The position numbers and the translations under genes were made by a program. Positions 24,802-35,306 of a stretch of DNA of 64,000 bases are shown here, piece by piece. The notes beneath the pieces are model-generated. The model had not been told where the DNA came from. It saw only the letters and a program-made list of their open reading frames with translations, and ran no database searches. The stretch covers positions 14,167 through 78,166 of the forward strand of contig JAJYHY010000001.1 in the NCBI GenBank assembly GCA_021784555.1. The letters are read 5' to 3'. Source of the stretch: a bacterium (GTDB lineage Bacteria > Verrucomicrobiota > Verrucomicrobiia > Limisphaerales > UBA8199). Position 1 is the stretch's first letter. Each line of letters starts with the position of its first letter.

Positions 24802-27744
24802 TCATCGAGACGGAGGCGTTCTCGCCATGGTGCCTGCCTCGCCAAGGCCCGCGCGCGGGGTTAGGGCCTGCAGGTCCAGCGTCGCGGACTGGAGTCCGGC
24901 GGACGTGGCCGTAAGCTGAATGGAACCGGTCTCGTTCCCGGCGCCCACAATGACGAGGCATTTGCCATTGAAGGCGTGACGGTAGCTGGCCTTGTCTGGG
25001 TCGTGGTCGCCCGCGTCGCCGTTGCCAACCCCGGCGACGTGGCCGGCGCCGCTGACCTCGAAGGTTACCAGGTTGTCCGCGGTTGGCACGATGCGGCCCT
25101 GGGCGTCGAGCACGTCCACCTCCACCGGTATCAGGTCTTCAGCGTCGGCGTTCAACGTGGTTCGGCTTGTCGTCAAGCGCAATGACGCGGGCGCACCGGT
25201 GGTTTCGTCGCTGTCGGTCGCGATGGCCGCGCCGCTGGCGTCGTAGCCCTTCGCTTCCAGGGTGCCGGGCGCGTATTTCACGTTCCACTCCAGATGGCCG
25301 TAGCGAGGCACTTCCTTGGCGCCAAGACTTTGCCCATTCAGGAACAACTCCACGCGCGGGCAATTGCTGAAGGCAATGACCTTGATGGTCTGTCCCTCCC
25401 TGCCCGGCCAGTTCCAATGCGGCATGAGATGAACGATAGGCTCGTGCTTCCACCACGAGAGATAATAGTAGTAATTGTCCTTGGGGAAACCGCAGATGTC
25501 CATAATGCCGAAATGGCTGTTGATGCTCGGCCAATTGTAGGGCGTCGGCTCGCCTTTGTAGTCGAAACCGGTCCAAACGAAGCTGCCGGCCATGAAGGGC
25601 CGCTCTCCCACCGGACGCCAGCTCCCGTCGGTTGTATGGTAGGAGGTTACGTAGGCCTTCTGCCGGTTGTTGGCGTATTCGCCGCGGGTGGTGGTGGTGC
25701 TGGCGGTCTCGCTGGCGAACATGGGCATGTTGGGGTGTTCGTGATGGAAACGATCATAGACCTGGGTGTTGTAATTGACACCCATGAGGTCTTCAACGTC
25801 GGTGAAGCCGTTGCCGAACCAGCCGCTGTTCATCGCGCAGCTTACCGGGCGGGTTTCGTCATACTTCAGCACCGTGGCGCGCATGGCGGCGAAGACCCGT
25901 CCGCCCGCCTCAGTGCGGGCTTGAGGCTGTTCGTTGCACATCGACCACATAATGATGCTGGGATGGTTCCGGTCGCGCTGGACCATGTTGGCGACCTCCG
26001 CCAGGTTCTCCGGCGAATCCCCCAGGTGCCGGTTCTCGTCCATGACCAGCATGCCCAGCCGGTCGCAGGCGTCCAGCAACGAAGGGGTGGGCGGGTTGTG
26101 CGACATGCGCCAGGCGTTGGCGCCCATTTCCTTGAGCTTTTCCACCCGCCAGTATTCGAGCGTGTCCGGCACGGCAATGCCCAAGCCGGCGAAATCCTGG
26201 TGGTTGCAGGTGCCTTGAATCTTCACGTGCTTGCCGTTCAGGAAAAAGCCCTTGTTGGCGTCGAAGCGGATGGTGCGAATTCCAAAGGGCGTCTGGACCG
26301 TATCGACCGGTTGTCCGTCCTCCTCAATGGTCGTAACGAGGTGATAGAGATGGGGCATTTCCAAAGACCACAGGCGCGGCTGGCGAACAACGATCTCCTG
26401 GCGAAATTCCAGCCGCTCGCCTGCCGCCAGTCTCACCGGAATGGAGCTGGTCCCCGCGACTTCGCCCCCGTCATCGAGCGCCTTGGACACCAGTGTCGCC
26501 GCCTTGCCGGAGGCATTCGCGTTCACCAGGGTCGTCTCGATGTGCAAGGTTGCGGGGCCGACCTCGCCATCCGCGCTCGGTTCGGCGAGCTTGGCGGTCA
26601 CAAAAGTGCCCCACGGCGCCACGTGCAGCGGGTTGGCCACGTTGAGCCAGACGTGACGATAAATGCCGCCGCCCTCGTACCACCAGCCCTCGAAATGGCG
26701 CGGGTCCACATGCACCGCCAGGACGTTTTGGCCGCCGTAATTGGCCGCTTGGGTAATGTCATAATGGAAGGAGGTGTAACCGCTGGCGTGGCGGCCCAGG
26801 AAATGGCCGTTGAGCCAAACGAGGCTGTCGCGGTAGATGCCCTCAAAATCGAGCCAAAGGCTTTGGCCCTTGTCCGAGGCGGGGAGGTCGAACGTGTTGC
26901 GATACCAGCCGGTGGTGGTGGGAAGATAGCCGTGGTTGCGGTCGGCCTTTGGGTCGAACTTGCCCTCGACGATGAAATCGTGCGGCAGATGAACCGTGCG
27001 CCAGTCGTGATCGTCGAACCCTGGCAAAGCGGGCCCGACCGCCTCGTAACCGCGCTTCTCTTGCAGAAATACCGGGGCGGTGATCCCGCCCATTCCCGCC
27101 GTATTTTCCACCAAAACCGCTAAGACGTTCCGTCCGCCCGCTCTCCACGCCGGTTTGAGCGGCACGTCAAAGGGCTCGTCCCACCCGGTGTGATGAATGA
27201 GTCTCTGGCCGTTGAGATACACCGTGGCATTGTCATCGACACCGTCAAAATGCAGCATCGGCGCGGCGGCCGAGGTCTCCGGCAAAACGGTGCGATACCA
27301 CGAGAATCCAATGCGTCCCCTGAAAGTGTCGTCTCCGGTTCGCGCGTCTTTCCAATCGCCTCCGGCTGTGTCCAGGCCGGGGGCGGCCATCTTGTCGGCG
27401 TCGTTTGGCCCGTTCGCATCGGCTACCCACCGCCATTGCTTCACGGGCAGGCCCGAGAGCCGAATTTGTGTACCCGGCACCTCGCCGCGATGAAACCGCC
27501 AGCCGGCGTCCAGCAGGACGCGGCGGGTTCCGGCGGCATGGGCCGGAGCCAGGCCCATGAGCAACAGCCCAGCCAGGCAGGAAACCTGAGCTAGCCACGG
27601 CCAAAAGGAACGGGTCCGCGCTCCGCCGCACTGTGCGCTCGATTGCCCTGCATGAGAACGCCAGCCTCCAACCACGGGATGCAGGCGTTCTGATGATTGT
27701 TCGCATCGATCGGCGCAGGGAAAGGGCTGGGCTTGATTACTCAT
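24802..27744 (-). CDS. Glycoside hydrolase family 2 (beta-galactosidase/glucuronidase-like), secreted
   Basis: NHPSIIMWSMCNE and the ASETAS region match GH2 catalytic motifs. Signal-like LAQVSCLAGLLLMGLAPAHAAG. The start is uncertain (27744 or an upstream ATG up to 27870). Confidence 0.88.
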   Translation of the reverse strand: MSNQAQPFPCADRCEQSSERLHPVVGGWRSHAGQSSAQCGGARTRSFWPWLAQVSCLAGLLLMGLAPAHAAGTRRVLLDAGWRFHRGEVPGTQIRLSGLPVKQWRWVADANGPNDADKMAAPGLDTAGGDWKDARTGDDTFRGRIGFSWYRTVLPETSAAAPMLHFDGVDDNATVYLNGQRLIHHTGWDEPFDVPLKPAWRAGGRNVLAVLVENTAGMGGITAPVFLQEKRGYEAVGPALPGFDDHDWRTVHLPHDFIVEGKFDPKADRNHGYLPTTTGWYRNTFDLPASDKGQSLWLDFEGIYRDSLVWLNGHFLGRHASGYTSFHYDITQAANYGGQNVLAVHVDPRHFEGWWYEGGGIYRHVWLNVANPLHVAPWGTFVTAKLAEPSADGEVGPATLHIETTLVNANASGKAATLVSKALDDGGEVAGTSSIPVRLAAGERLEFRQEIVVRQPRLWSLEMPHLYHLVTTIEEDGQPVDTVQTPFGIRTIRFDANKGFFLNGKHVKIQGTCNHQDFAGLGIAVPDTLEYWRVEKLKEMGANAWRMSHNPPTPSLLDACDRLGMLVMDENRHLGDSPENLAEVANMVQRDRNHPSIIMWSMCNEQPQARTEAGGRVFAAMRATVLKYDETRPVSCAMNSGWFGNGFTDVEDLMGVNYNTQVYDRFHHEHPNMPMFASETASTTTTRGEYANNRQKAYVTSYHTTDGSWRPVGERPFMAGSFVWTGFDYKGEPTPYNWPSINSHFGIMDICGFPKDNYYYYLSWWKHEPIVHLMPHWNWPGREGQTIKVIAFSNCPRVELFLNGQSLGAKEVPRYGHLEWNVKYAPGTLEAKGYDASGAAIATDSDETTGAPASLRLTTSRTTLNADAEDLIPVEVDVLDAQGRIVPTADNLVTFEVSGAGHVAGVGNGDAGDHDPDKASYRHAFNGKCLVIVGAGNETGSIQLTATSAGLQSATLDLQALTPRAGLGEAGTMARTPPSR

Positions 27745-28040
27745 GGCGGCATTGTTGGCCAAAACCCCGTTTCTGTAAATAGCTCTCTTTGAGAATCCGG
27801 CAATTCTCATTTTACGCTCTGGGGAGGACAGAAAACGAAAGCGGTCCCGACCTGTGTCGGGAAACTCCAAACGCTGCGCGAGGTGCGGGCGCGCTGGAGG
27901 AAGCCCACGGGTTGGAACCTGGCGGAGCCCTTGGAGTGCGGCGCGGACCGCCGCTTTCGTTTCTCGGCCATCACAATTGCCGCTGAGAATCCGGCTTCGG
28001 CGTTTGAAAAACGCGGCGACTCAGAATAGGTTCTCGGCGG

Positions 28041-28247
28041 ATGAATGAAGTAGGAAAACTGTTGGTCGTTACGGGACTGCTGATCGCGGCGGTGGGCGCC
28101 GCCCTCTGGTCCGGGAAGGGATGGATTGGTCATCTGCCGGGGGATTTCCACTACACCCGAGGCAATTTCAGCTTCTATTTTCCCGTGGTCACCTGTGTCT
28201 TGCTTAGCATCCTGCTCACCCTCCTCCTGTGGATGTTTCGGAGATAA
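28041..28247 (+). CDS. DUF2905-family small membrane protein
   Basis: 68 aa: LLVVTGLLIAAVGAALW...IGHLPGDFHYTRGNFSFYFPVVTCVLLSILLTLLLW matches the DUF2905 pattern. Confidence 0.8.
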   Translation: MNEVGKLLVVTGLLIAAVGAALWSGKGWIGHLPGDFHYTRGNFSFYFPVVTCVLLSILLTLLLWMFRR

Positions 28248-28821
28248 CCGCCTCTCATTCAGGCGGCCCTGCGCTCCGCCGTACGCGAGAACCTCGTTTG
28301 CTCGACTCCCTCGATGAAATAATAGGGCGGACCGTGCCGGCGCTTCCTGGGCAACCGCGAGCCCTTGCGCGGCCATGTGAACTGGCAATTCTTGCAATAG
28401 AAATCCTTCTGGACCACTCCCAGCATAGCGGCGATTCCCAGTGCGAAATTGGTCATAACGGACCCCTGGGTGAAGAGCGCCACAAGCATGCTGCTCATAC
28501 AATACCTTCGTCCTGGCCAGGCTCCCGCGCAAGGGGAAGCCGGGCTACCGTATCGTAGCCATAGACGCTATCGGTAACCGCCGAGGTTGTCGGTGCGGTT
28601 GGTCACCCACCCGAAGGCGTCATAGTTGAAGTCTGCCCAGGTGTTGTCGCCGCAAGTGATTTCGCTGACCCAGCCGGCGTTGTCGTGGGTGTGAGCGAAA
28701 GGGTCGTCCTTAATCTTGCGTCTGCGATAAGATTATAGGACTGACCCCTCATTGTGAAGGGCAAGCTTGACACGGTCGTTGCCGCCAATCAGAGTGGCGG
28801 GCAGCAAACGCGGTTGCGTGA

Positions 28822-29643
28822 ATGCTGCGGATGGTTGCGCACAAACATAATCCCCCGTTTCGTCTGCTCCTGAGCCTGGCGGCGAGCATGGTGATTTCCA
28901 TGCTCGGATTGATTTTGACCAGGCACTTCGCGCCGCTCTCCTGGCTGCGCGCCAACAACGACGTTGCCGGCAATTATCTGCAGACGGTGGGGACAATCTA
29001 CGCGGTGCTTCTGGCCTTCGTCGTCTTCGTGGTCTGGCAGCAGCATAATGATGCCCGCGGCGCCGTGGAAGCCGAGGCCAACGAACTCTCCGACCTCTAT
29101 CGGACTCTCAAGGCCCTGCCCGGCACCGAGCGGGCGCGGGAATGCGCCCAGGCCTACGGGCGCGCCGTCGTGGTCCAGGAATGGGCGGCGATGGCCCGAA
29201 GACACCCGAGCCCGGAGGCGGAGTTGGCCCTGGAAGCGATCTGGCAGGCCTTGCAGGACATCGAAGTGGGCGCCGGGCGCCAAGAGGTGCTTTACGCCGA
29301 GGTCATGGGCCGGTTCAACGATCTGAGCGACGCCCGGAGCCGCCGCTTGTATTGCACCTTGCTGCGCGTCCCGCGGAGCTTGTGGGTGCTGCTTTTCACC
29401 AATGGCGGGCTGGTGGTCGGCTCGATGTGGCTGTTCGGTCTGAAGTCGTTTCTGGCCCACGCTATCATGACCGTCGCCTTGGCGGTTTCGATAGCGTTCA
29501 TCCTCTTCTTGGTGGCGGACCTGGACAACCCGTTTTGGGGTTCCTGGCAGATCGGGCCGGAGGCCTTTGAGCGGGTGTTGGCGGAGAAGCCACCGGCGGA
29601 GGCCCGCGCCCCTGCTGGTGGAGCCAGCGACATTTCCCATTAG
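28822..29643 (+). CDS. DUF4239-family membrane protein
   Basis: YLQTVGTIYAVLLAFVVFVVWQQHNDARGAVEAEANELSDLYRTLKALP matches the DUF4239 pattern. C-terminal TM pair. Confidence 0.7.
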   Translation: MLRMVAHKHNPPFRLLLSLAASMVISMLGLILTRHFAPLSWLRANNDVAGNYLQTVGTIYAVLLAFVVFVVWQQHNDARGAVEAEANELSDLYRTLKALPGTERARECAQAYGRAVVVQEWAAMARRHPSPEAELALEAIWQALQDIEVGAGRQEVLYAEVMGRFNDLSDARSRRLYCTLLRVPRSLWVLLFTNGGLVVGSMWLFGLKSFLAHAIMTVALAVSIAFILFLVADLDNPFWGSWQIGPEAFERVLAEKPPAEARAPAGGASDISH

Positions 29644-29710
29644 GGATTGAGCATCGGGCATTGAACCACCCAAGTGCTCGGCGGGCGCGATTTCAGCCGC
29701 GCCCGGCAAC

Positions 29711-30796
29711 TCATCCGCGAAACACGCCGGCAGTTTGCGCAGCACCAAGGACGCGGGCCTCCAAAGTGACGCCATTTCCGGATCGCAGCGCGCGCCGCTC
29801 GGAAAAGGAGAAACAGCCGCAGAGCCGCTCGTATGCGCCTTCATCAACCTGAATGCTCCCGGGCGCGGCGCAGGCATTGAGCTGGCAGGCCGTGTTGACC
29901 GTTTCGCCCCACAAGTCGAACGCGAATTTGGTTCGTCCGATGATCCCTGAGACCAGTGGCCCAGTGCTCATTCCAACCCGCAACCGCAGGCTCATATTGT
30001 ATTGCTGGTTAAAGCGGGCAAGAGCCGCCTGCATTTCGAGCGCCAGGCTGGCCAGCTCCTGCGCATGGTTGGGCATCGCCACGAGCAACCCCCCGGCTAC
30101 GACGTAGCTGTCGCCCATCGTCTTGACCTTCTCCAAGCCGCGGGCTTTGACCAGCAGATCAAACTCGGAAAAGATTTCATTCAAGAAGGAGACCAACTCC
30201 TCAGGCCCGATATGCGTGGCCAAGGCAGTGAAGCCGGCCAGGTCCGCAACCAGCAACGAGACCTCCGGATGGTGATCGGCAATCGTCACCTCACCTCTTT
30301 TCATTCGTTCCGCGATGGACTCCGGGAGAATGTTCAACAGGAGGCGCTCTGACCGCTCGCGTTCGGCCTTGAGGTCGTTGAAGAGTTGCGTCGTCTGCAG
30401 GGCATTGCGCACGCGCAACAGCAGGTCCTGGAGGTCCACCGGCTTGTTGAGGAAATCAGTCGCTCCGGCCTCAATTCCTTTGAGCCGCTGGTCGCGTTCT
30501 GATAACGCCGTGACCATAAGAATCGGAATCGATGCCGTCCTTGGATCGCCCTTTAGGCGCCGGCACACTTCGAAACCGTCCAGTCCCGGCATACTCACGT
30601 CCAACAGAATCGCGTCAGGCGGGGCCTGGGCGGCGCTCCTCAACGCTTCTTCGCCGTTCTCCGCTTCAATCGTAAGATGGCCGTGAGCTTCCAGCCAATC
30701 CCGCAACAACACCCGATTTTGTTCCTCATCATCGACGACCAGCACCGGTCGTCGATGCGGTGGCAGACTATCGCTAAAACGTGAGTTCATGGGCAT
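29711..30796 (-). CDS. Response regulator fused to class III adenylate/guanylate cyclase
   Basis: REC (VLVVDDEEQNRVLL...ILLDVSMPGLDG) followed by a cyclase domain (VADLAGFTALATHIGPEELVSFLNEIFSEFD...KTMGDSYVVAGG). Confidence 0.9.
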   Translation of the reverse strand: MPMNSRFSDSLPPHRRPVLVVDDEEQNRVLLRDWLEAHGHLTIEAENGEEALRSAAQAPPDAILLDVSMPGLDGFEVCRRLKGDPRTASIPILMVTALSERDQRLKGIEAGATDFLNKPVDLQDLLLRVRNALQTTQLFNDLKAERERSERLLLNILPESIAERMKRGEVTIADHHPEVSLLVADLAGFTALATHIGPEELVSFLNEIFSEFDLLVKARGLEKVKTMGDSYVVAGGLLVAMPNHAQELASLALEMQAALARFNQQYNMSLRLRVGMSTGPLVSGIIGRTKFAFDLWGETVNTACQLNACAAPGSIQVDEGAYERLCGCFSFSERRALRSGNGVTLEARVLGAAQTAGVFRG

Positions 30797-31203
30797 TGAG
30801 TGAGGTGTGGCTGGCGGGACTTGATGCCTTCAACCAGGGACAGGATCCTTGCCGCGAACGTCCGCGTATCAATCGGCTTCGCCAAATATCCATCGCAGCC
30901 CGCTTCCAAGATTATCTGCTTATCCCCTTTCATGGCGTGGGCGGTGAGGGCGATGATCGGCAGGCGTTTGGTCACGGGATTCGCGCGAAGGGCCTTCGTA
31001 GCCGCCAACCCGTCCATCCCTGGCAGACCGAGATCCATCAGAACAACGTCCGGCATCGCACTTTGCGCGAGCCGAAGTCCCTCTTCCGCAGTGCGCGCCT
31101 GGCAGACCGTCTGGCCGGCGGCCTCTAAAAGGTCCGTTGCCAACTCCAGGTTGAGTGGATTGTCCTCAACGATAAGGACCCTCATCTTCGCTCCAATACT
31201 CAT
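30787..31203 (-). CDS. Single-domain response regulator (REC)
   Basis: MRVLIVEDNPLNLELATDLL...VLMDLGLPGMDG...LPIIALTAHAMKGD. Its 3' end overlaps the cyclase gene by 10 nt. Confidence 0.9.
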   Translation of the reverse strand: MSIGAKMRVLIVEDNPLNLELATDLLEAAGQTVCQARTAEEGLRLAQSAMPDVVLMDLGLPGMDGLAATKALRANPVTKRLPIIALTAHAMKGDKQIILEAGCDGYLAKPIDTRTFAARILSLVEGIKSRQPHLTQCP

Positions 31204-31228
31204 GTCAGACCTCTCACCTCAAAATGAG

Positions 31229-33367
31229 TCATGCTTTTTTGGCGGCGCCGCAAACTGTCTCCGCCCCGCTCTCCTGGCCGTTGCCGCACGTGGGTTCACC
31301 GTTCGCCCGGAGCGGCGGCAGCGGAAGCATGAAACTGAACCGGCTGCCCTTCCCCTCGATGCCTTCGCTCTCAACCCAGATCGAGCCGCCGTGCAGTTCG
31401 ACCAGGCGCTTGGTCAGCGCCAAGCCCAGCCCCGTGCCTTGTTGTTGACGACCGTAGGAGGAGTCCACTTGCTCGAACTCGCGAAAGATGCGTTCGTGGT
31501 CTCGCGGATCAATGCCTATGCCCGTATCGGTCACGCGGGTCAGCAGGCACGCCCCCGATAGCCCAAACATCGCCTCCCTGCCCGGATGCAGTTCCACCTC
31601 CGTTTCGCGTGTCGCCTTCACCTCTATCGTCCCGCCCGGCAGGGTGAACTTAACCGCGTTGCTCAGCAGGTTATATAAGATTTGCTTGAACTTTGCCTCA
31701 TCGGCGAAGATTTGGCCAACGTCAGCACCGGCCTGGACCGTAATGGCCAGTCCCTTCTTTGCCGCCAAACTCTTTACAATCGTCTGCACGTTGGTGACGG
31801 CGCTTTCGACGCTGAACGCGGCACGGGCTAACTCCAGTTTGCCGGCTTCGACTTTTGACAGATCAAGGATATCGTTGATCAACTGAAGCAGGTGCCGGCC
31901 GCTGCCAAGAATATTGTTCACGTATTTGGACTGCCGCGCGTTCATGTCGCCAAAGGTCCTGTCGGCCAGGATCTCCGAAAAACCAATGATGGCATTCAAT
32001 GGCGTGCGCAACTCGTGGCTCATATTGGCTAGAAATTGGCTCTTCGCCCGGTTGGCCCCTTCGGCCTCGGCTTTGGCCTGCCGCAAGGCGTCCTCGGTCT
32101 GCTTGCGCTCGGTAACATCCTGAATCACCGCCTGGAACTCGGGTTTCTCGCCTCTGGCGGGGAACAGCCGCCGGACAACGTATTGCTGCCATACAACGCG
32201 CTCATCAGCCTCGACGACTCTGTGGTCGAAAGCAACAGTGGGCTTCTGTTCGGGCAGGCTCTGAAAATAACTCAGAGGAACATCGCGATCCTTTTCACCC
32301 AGGGTCTGGAGGAAATCCGTGCCGAGCAACTCCGCCTCGGCTTTGCCGCGAAACCGGCAATAGGCGCCATTAACAAACGTAAGCTCCCCATCGGGTTTGA
32401 AACGGCAAATGAGATCCGTCTGGTCCTCCACCACCGCTCGATAGCGCTTTTCGCTCGCGGATAGGTCGCACTCCGCTTGCCGTCGTTCGGCGGCGCCGGC
32501 CGCCAAGAGCATGTTGGTTACCGCCAGGATACCGATGTAACTACCCATGAGCATCAGGCTGTCTCGCTCCAGGGTTGTTACAAACGGCCCTCGCCGGCCC
32601 AGCAACGAGTGGATGGCCAGGGCGCTCACCAGAAGCGTCCCGGTCGTGGCGCCGCGCTGCCCAAAGCGTAACGAGCCCCATACCAGGAAGGGGAAAGGCA
32701 GGTAAGCCAGAGGGTAGTTTTGAATGCCATAGACGAACCAGGATTGAAATGAGATCAGTGTTCCGACAATTAGCCCGATGCCGCAAATGGCCGCTTCAAT
32801 CACCAACCGCGGGCGCCAGCGCAAAGCCGAGCGCGTTCCCCAGGCAAGGATAAGCGGGGCTACCACCATAGCCGCCAGGGCGTTGGGCACCCACCACTCC
32901 AGTACCGTCGGAAAGAGGTCCGGCCACCGCACTGCCCCGGCGTAGGCAAGGCTCACGACGTTGAAGGCCGCGTTCACGGTCGTGCCCAAGAAACACGCCA
33001 AACCGATAAACCCGACCGCGTCCCGTGTGCGCTCCATCGCGTTATCAAAGCCCACCGCCCGCCTCAGCAGGAACGTGCATACGACCGCGCCCATTGTGTT
33101 GCCAATCGCGGTTCCAAGGGTGAAAAACCCCAGCGGAACACCGTTCATGAGTGAAAAGAGGCAGGCACCCAGGGCCACCCCGGGCCAGAAACGGTAGCCG
33201 AACAAGAGTATGGCCGCCAAGGCAATGCCGGCGGGCGGCCAAACCAACGCCATGCTGCCTGAAAGGAAGGATGTCTGTTTTCCGAGCAGGCCGCCCAAGA
33301 AATAGACTGCCGTCAGCAGTACCACCCGCGTGGCGGTGGTTAATCCAGCATTCTTGTTCAGCTTCAT
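31229..33367 (-). CDS. MASE1-PAS sensor histidine kinase
   Basis: MASE1-like membrane N-terminus ([45 protein letters not shown]), a PAS region, H-box [16 protein letters not shown], and HATPase motifs [11 protein letters not shown]. Start taken at MKLNKNAG. Confidence 0.9.
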   Translation of the reverse strand: MKLNKNAGLTTATRVVLLTAVYFLGGLLGKQTSFLSGSMALVWPPAGIALAAILLFGYRFWPGVALGACLFSLMNGVPLGFFTLGTAIGNTMGAVVCTFLLRRAVGFDNAMERTRDAVGFIGLACFLGTTVNAAFNVVSLAYAGAVRWPDLFPTVLEWWVPNALAAMVVAPLILAWGTRSALRWRPRLVIEAAICGIGLIVGTLISFQSWFVYGIQNYPLAYLPFPFLVWGSLRFGQRGATTGTLLVSALAIHSLLGRRGPFVTTLERDSLMLMGSYIGILAVTNMLLAAGAAERRQAECDLSASEKRYRAVVEDQTDLICRFKPDGELTFVNGAYCRFRGKAEAELLGTDFLQTLGEKDRDVPLSYFQSLPEQKPTVAFDHRVVEADERVVWQQYVVRRLFPARGEKPEFQAVIQDVTERKQTEDALRQAKAEAEGANRAKSQFLANMSHELRTPLNAIIGFSEILADRTFGDMNARQSKYVNNILGSGRHLLQLINDILDLSKVEAGKLELARAAFSVESAVTNVQTIVKSLAAKKGLAITVQAGADVGQIFADEAKFKQILYNLLSNAVKFTLPGGTIEVKATRETEVELHPGREAMFGLSGACLLTRVTDTGIGIDPRDHERIFREFEQVDSSYGRQQQGTGLGLALTKRLVELHGGSIWVESEGIEGKGSRFSFMLPLPPLRANGEPTCGNGQESGAETVCGAAKKA

Positions 33368-33718
33368 GGCCGCGTCACCGCCAATTTCATCTCGGTAAAG
33401 GCTCACTAACAATGCTTATGCATTGAACCTGTGGAATCTTGCAGCAAGGCCCGTGCCGCCTCCGGAACCTCAGGCTTACGGAGCAGGCCGTGGCGGTATG
33501 TCCAGGAAAATGGCAGTGGACTGCCGTTTCCAGGCCAATCCGAAGGCCTGAGCCAGTCTCGCGGCTTCACCGGCAGCCTGAACTCAGTCCGAGTTCTCCA
33601 GCAACTCCCGCGTGGCACGCCGCACCACCGGGCCATCTCGACGAGGATGCTTTCGAGCAAGAAATGCTAAACAATTCACAATGGAGGAGAAGCATCGCGT
33701 CTGGTCCTGCCGTATTCA

Positions 33719-35302
33719 ATGGCTATGAATTACCCAGTTTGGGATGTTACCTTTGGCGCCGGCTTGCTGATGGCCATGGTGGCGATTCTGCATGTGTTTG
33801 TCTCTCACTTTGCCGTTGGAGGCGGGCTGTTTCTGGTAATAACGGAACGGAGGGCGCGGCGGAACAACGACGTGGCGCTTCTGGGCTGGCTGAAGGCCCA
33901 CACGAGGTTCTTTGTGTTAGTGACCGTGGTGTTCGGCGCGATCAGCGGCGTGGGCATCTGGTTCACCATCGGGTTGATCGCCCCCACTGCCACCAGCAAC
34001 CTCATCCATGCTTACGTCTGGGGCTGGGCCATCGAGTGGGTGTTTTTCTTCGTCGAGATCACCGCCGCCCTGCTCTATTACTACGGCTGGGAGAAGCTGG
34101 AAGCGCGCCTCCATGAATGGTATGGCTGGGTTTACTTTATCGCTGCCTTCGCCAGCATGGTGATTATCAACGGCATCATCACCTTCATGCTCACCTCCGG
34201 AACCTGGACGAAGAACCACCAGTTTTGGAAGGGCTTCTTCAATCCCACCTGCTTCCCCTCGCTGGCTTTTCGCTTCGCCGTCGCCCTGGCCTTGGCCGGG
34301 ATTTACGCTTTGATTACCGCCAGCCTGCAGAAGGACGCGCTTCTAAAGGGGCGCCTGGTCAGGTGGAGCGTGTGCTGGATTGCGCCTTCTCTGGCGGTGT
34401 TGCCGGCCCTGGGATGGTGGTACATCCACAAGATTCCCCCCGAAGTGTGGGCCGATGTCCGCGGCCCCATGCCCACTGCCACCCATTTCGCCCTGTTCGC
34501 CGTCGTTCTGCTGGCGGTGACCTTCACGTTGACCCTGCTGGCGCTGGTCAAACCCGGACGCATGCCCCTCGCCCTTAGCCTTCTGGTCGCGCTGGTGGCT
34601 CTTGGCGCGATGGGCTCGTTCGAGTTCGTGCGCGAGGCTATTCGCAAACCGTACGTCATTGCCAATTACCTGTACGCCAACTCGCTTTATTCAGACACGA
34701 CTCCGGGCGACGGCGGATTCAGCGTGGACGAGGTGAACACCGCCGGCATTGTTCACTCCGCGAAGTGGATAGCCAATCGCGACCTGACCAAAAAGGATCA
34801 GGCCGCGGTGGGCCGTGAGATATTCCGCCTCGAGTGCGAGAGTTGCCATACGACGGATGCCTACCGTGGTGTCAAACATTACCTGGCTCTGCGCCAATGG
34901 GACCGCACCAAGATTCAAGCCATGCTCAGCGTCCTTGGCTTGATGCACAACGGCGCCATGCCGCCTTTCGCCGGGACAGACGCCGAAAGTCGCGCCCTGG
35001 CGGCATTTCTAAGCACGCTTCACCCCGTGTCCGCCACCGCGACGGCCGCCGCCAGCGATGGCCAGACCGTGTTCGATCAGAACTGCTCAATGTGCCATCG
35101 GATAAGTCCCGGCGACACACTCTTCACGAAGCTGCCCAAAGACCCGAATGCCGCCAGCAAAGCCCTAACGGATTTACCGAGCCTCTTTCCCGCCATGCCG
35201 GACCTGAAGCTTCCCGACCGGCAGCGGCTGGCGCTGGTCAGTTGGGTCAACACCCAGCGCAAGGCCAGGGGCTTTGGCATCAGCGCGAAAGGAGCAAACT
35301 GA
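33719..35302 (+). CDS. Cytochrome bd subunit-I-like membrane protein fused to a di-heme c-type cytochrome domain
   Basis: The N-terminus ILHVFVSHFAVGGGLFLV...WGWAIEWVFFFVEITAALLYYYGWEKL parallels CydA helices 1-3. The C-terminal soluble part carries CESCH and CSMCH (CxxCH x2). Confidence 0.65.
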   Translation: MAMNYPVWDVTFGAGLLMAMVAILHVFVSHFAVGGGLFLVITERRARRNNDVALLGWLKAHTRFFVLVTVVFGAISGVGIWFTIGLIAPTATSNLIHAYVWGWAIEWVFFFVEITAALLYYYGWEKLEARLHEWYGWVYFIAAFASMVIINGIITFMLTSGTWTKNHQFWKGFFNPTCFPSLAFRFAVALALAGIYALITASLQKDALLKGRLVRWSVCWIAPSLAVLPALGWWYIHKIPPEVWADVRGPMPTATHFALFAVVLLAVTFTLTLLALVKPGRMPLALSLLVALVALGAMGSFEFVREAIRKPYVIANYLYANSLYSDTTPGDGGFSVDEVNTAGIVHSAKWIANRDLTKKDQAAVGREIFRLECESCHTTDAYRGVKHYLALRQWDRTKIQAMLSVLGLMHNGAMPPFAGTDAESRALAAFLSTLHPVSATATAAASDGQTVFDQNCSMCHRISPGDTLFTKLPKDPNAASKALTDLPSLFPAMPDLKLPDRQRLALVSWVNTQRKARGFGISAKGAN

Positions 35303-35306
35303 AAAA

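Noticed and set aside
28259-28730. 79-aa ORF 28259..28498 (-), and an upstream minus-strand fragment reading KIKDDPFAHTHDNAGWVSEITCGDNTWADFNYDAFGWV.
   Set aside because: No family is recognised, there is no convincing start or SD, and the two pieces are in different frames. It may be another gene remnant, but I cannot support a call.
33512-33525. GGCAGT-gg-ACTGCC palindrome and a TGGCAG...TGCC sigma-54-like string in the divergent region between the MASE1 kinase and the bd-like gene.
   Set aside because: The GG-to-GC spacing is one nt short of the sigma-54 consensus, and a lone palindrome with short arms is not enough to call an operator.
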